A stretch of 64,000 nucleotides of DNA, taken from Camelus ferus (Eukaryota). Below, piece after piece: positions 62,353-64,000 of the stretch; position 1 is the stretch's first letter, and every line of letters begins with the position of its first letter. Both the position numbers and the translations under genes were made by a program. The DNA lies in contig NC_045697.1 of NCBI RefSeq assembly GCF_009834535.1, positions 101,496,001 through 101,560,000 of the forward strand. The letters run 5' to 3'. Below the pieces are notes generated by a model. It saw nothing but the letters and a program-made list of their open reading frames with translations, had not been told where the DNA came from and made no database searches.

Positions 62353-64000
62353 TATCTTAAGACAAACAAAAATGGAAATAAAACATACCAAAATTTATGA
62401 GATGCAGCAAAAATGCTTCTAAGAGGGAAATTTATAGTGATTTATGCCTACATTAACAGAAAAGAAAAATCTTAAATAAACAACCGAACTTTTCACCTTA
62501 AGGAACTAAAAACAGATGAACAAGCTAAGCTCAAAGTTAGCAGAAGAAAGGGAATAATAAATATTACAGCAGAAATAAATGAAATACAGATGAGAAAGAC
62601 AACAGGAAAAATGAAACAAAGAGTTGAGTTTTTAAAAAGATAAAGTTGACAAACTTTTAGCTAGACTAACCAAGAAAAAAAAAGAGAGAGGACTCAAATA
62701 AAACTATAAAGAAAGAGGAGTCATTATAATGGATATCACACAAATACAAATGATCATAGAAGCTACTATGAACAATTATGTGCCAAAAAAATTGTAAACC
62801 TAGAAGAAATAAATAAATTCGTAGAAACATAAAATTTATCAGACTGAATCATAAATAAGTTTAAATTTGAACAGCCCTATAACTAGTAAGGAGATTGAAT
62901 CAGTAATCAAAAACCTCCCAACAAAGAAAAGCCCAGAACTAATGGTTTCACTGGTGAATTCTACCTAACATTTAAATAAGAATTAATGCCAATTCTTATC
63001 AAACTCTTCCAAAAAATTGAAGAGGAAGGAACACTCTCAAATTCATTTTACCAGGCCAGAATTACCCTGTTACACCAATTAAGAACACTACAAGAAAAGA
63101 AAACTATAGACTGAATTCAACAGCACATTTAAAGGATCATAAACCATGATCAAGCAGGATTTATCCCTAGAATGCAAGGATGATTCAATATTCTTTCATG
63201 ATAAAAACTCTCAATAAATTGGGTATAGAAAGAATTTATGCCAACATAATAAAGGCCATGTAGGACAACCCCACAGCTAACATCACATGCAACAGTGAAA
63301 GGTTCAAAGCCTTACCTCTAAGATGAGGAGCAAGATGAGGTTGCTGCCTCTCACCACTCTTATCCAACATAGTACTGGAAGTCCTAGCCAGAGCAATCAG
63401 GCGAGATAAAGAAATAAAAGGCATCCAACTGGAAAGAAAGAAGTGAAATCATCTTTGTTTGCAGATAATATGATTTTACATACAGAAAATCCTAAAGACC
63501 CCAGCAAAAAAAAATTTAGAACTAATAAATTCAGTAAAGTTGCAGGATACAAAGTCAACATAGAGAAATCAGTTGTACTTCTATACACTAACAACAAAAT
63601 ATATGAAAAAAGAAAAAAAATAAATTCATTCACAGTAGCATCAAACAATAAAGTACCTAGGAATAAATTTAATCAAGAATGTGAAAGATCTGCATAATGA
63701 AAGCTATTGATGAAAGCAATCAAAGAAGACATAAATAAATGTAAAGATATTCCCTGTTCATAGAAAGGATTAATTTTGTTAAAATGTCCACACTATCCAA
63801 AGTCATCTATACTTACAATTCAATCCTTATCAAAATTTGAGTAGCATTTTCACAGAAATGGCAAAAACTACCCTAAAATTTGTATAGAACCACAAAAAAA
63901 CTCAAATAGCCAAAGAAATCCTCAGAAAGAAAACGAAACTGCAGGCTTCACATGTTCTGATTTCAAACTATATCGCAAAGCTATAGGAAATAAATCAGTA
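62353..64000 (+). mobile_element. L1 ORF2 (RT region), decayed, runs off the window
   Basis: Sense L1 ORF2 with gcttctaagagggaaatttatag, aaaagcccag...ggtgaattctac and RT motif LFADNMI (ORF 63443-63697); multiple stops, frameshifts and deletions. Confidence 0.95.

Noticed and set aside
63236..63697. Reverse transcriptase ORFs as a functional retroelement
   Set aside because: The catalytic FADD motif is mutated to FADN, and the frame is disrupted by stops and deletions.

Overview
This is AT-rich placental-mammal genomic DNA, not prokaryotic: there are no operons, rRNA or tRNA genes, or CRISPR arrays. Two tRNA-derived SINEs resembling the camelid Vic-1 family, cetartiodactyl-type L1 3' ends, and the absence of recognisable Alu, Bov-B/Bov-tA, PRE-1 or CAN-SINEs suggest a camelid genome (inference). 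Much of the window is decayed interspersed repeat: Tigger1, MER2/MER8/MER5/MER58 DNA elements, L1, L2, MIR, MaLR LTRs and internal sequence, and one ERV1 solo LTR. Nearly all ORFs in the supplied track are repeat-derived or chance. I could not identify any complete protein-coding gene or gene symbol. The best gene-like signals are a minus-strand TATA/Inr/Kozak/donor cassette at about 39.4-39.7 kb, a 70-nt minus-strand exon candidate at 55.8 kb ending in the same phase, and a motif-rich promoter-like segment at 32.15-32.8 kb. Together they fit an intron of a large multi-promoter gene. The most unusual structures visible directly are a 49-bp inverted templated copy next to a (GT)16 tract, a twin-primed 5'-inverted L1, a SINE-L1 chimera under one TSD, and a duplicated 57-bp module carrying TCAAGGTCA (ERR/NR5A) sites. 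I see no evidence for a wholly new biological system. Repeat family names are recalled by eye and need RepeatMasker/Dfam confirmation; boundaries of old repeats are approximate.
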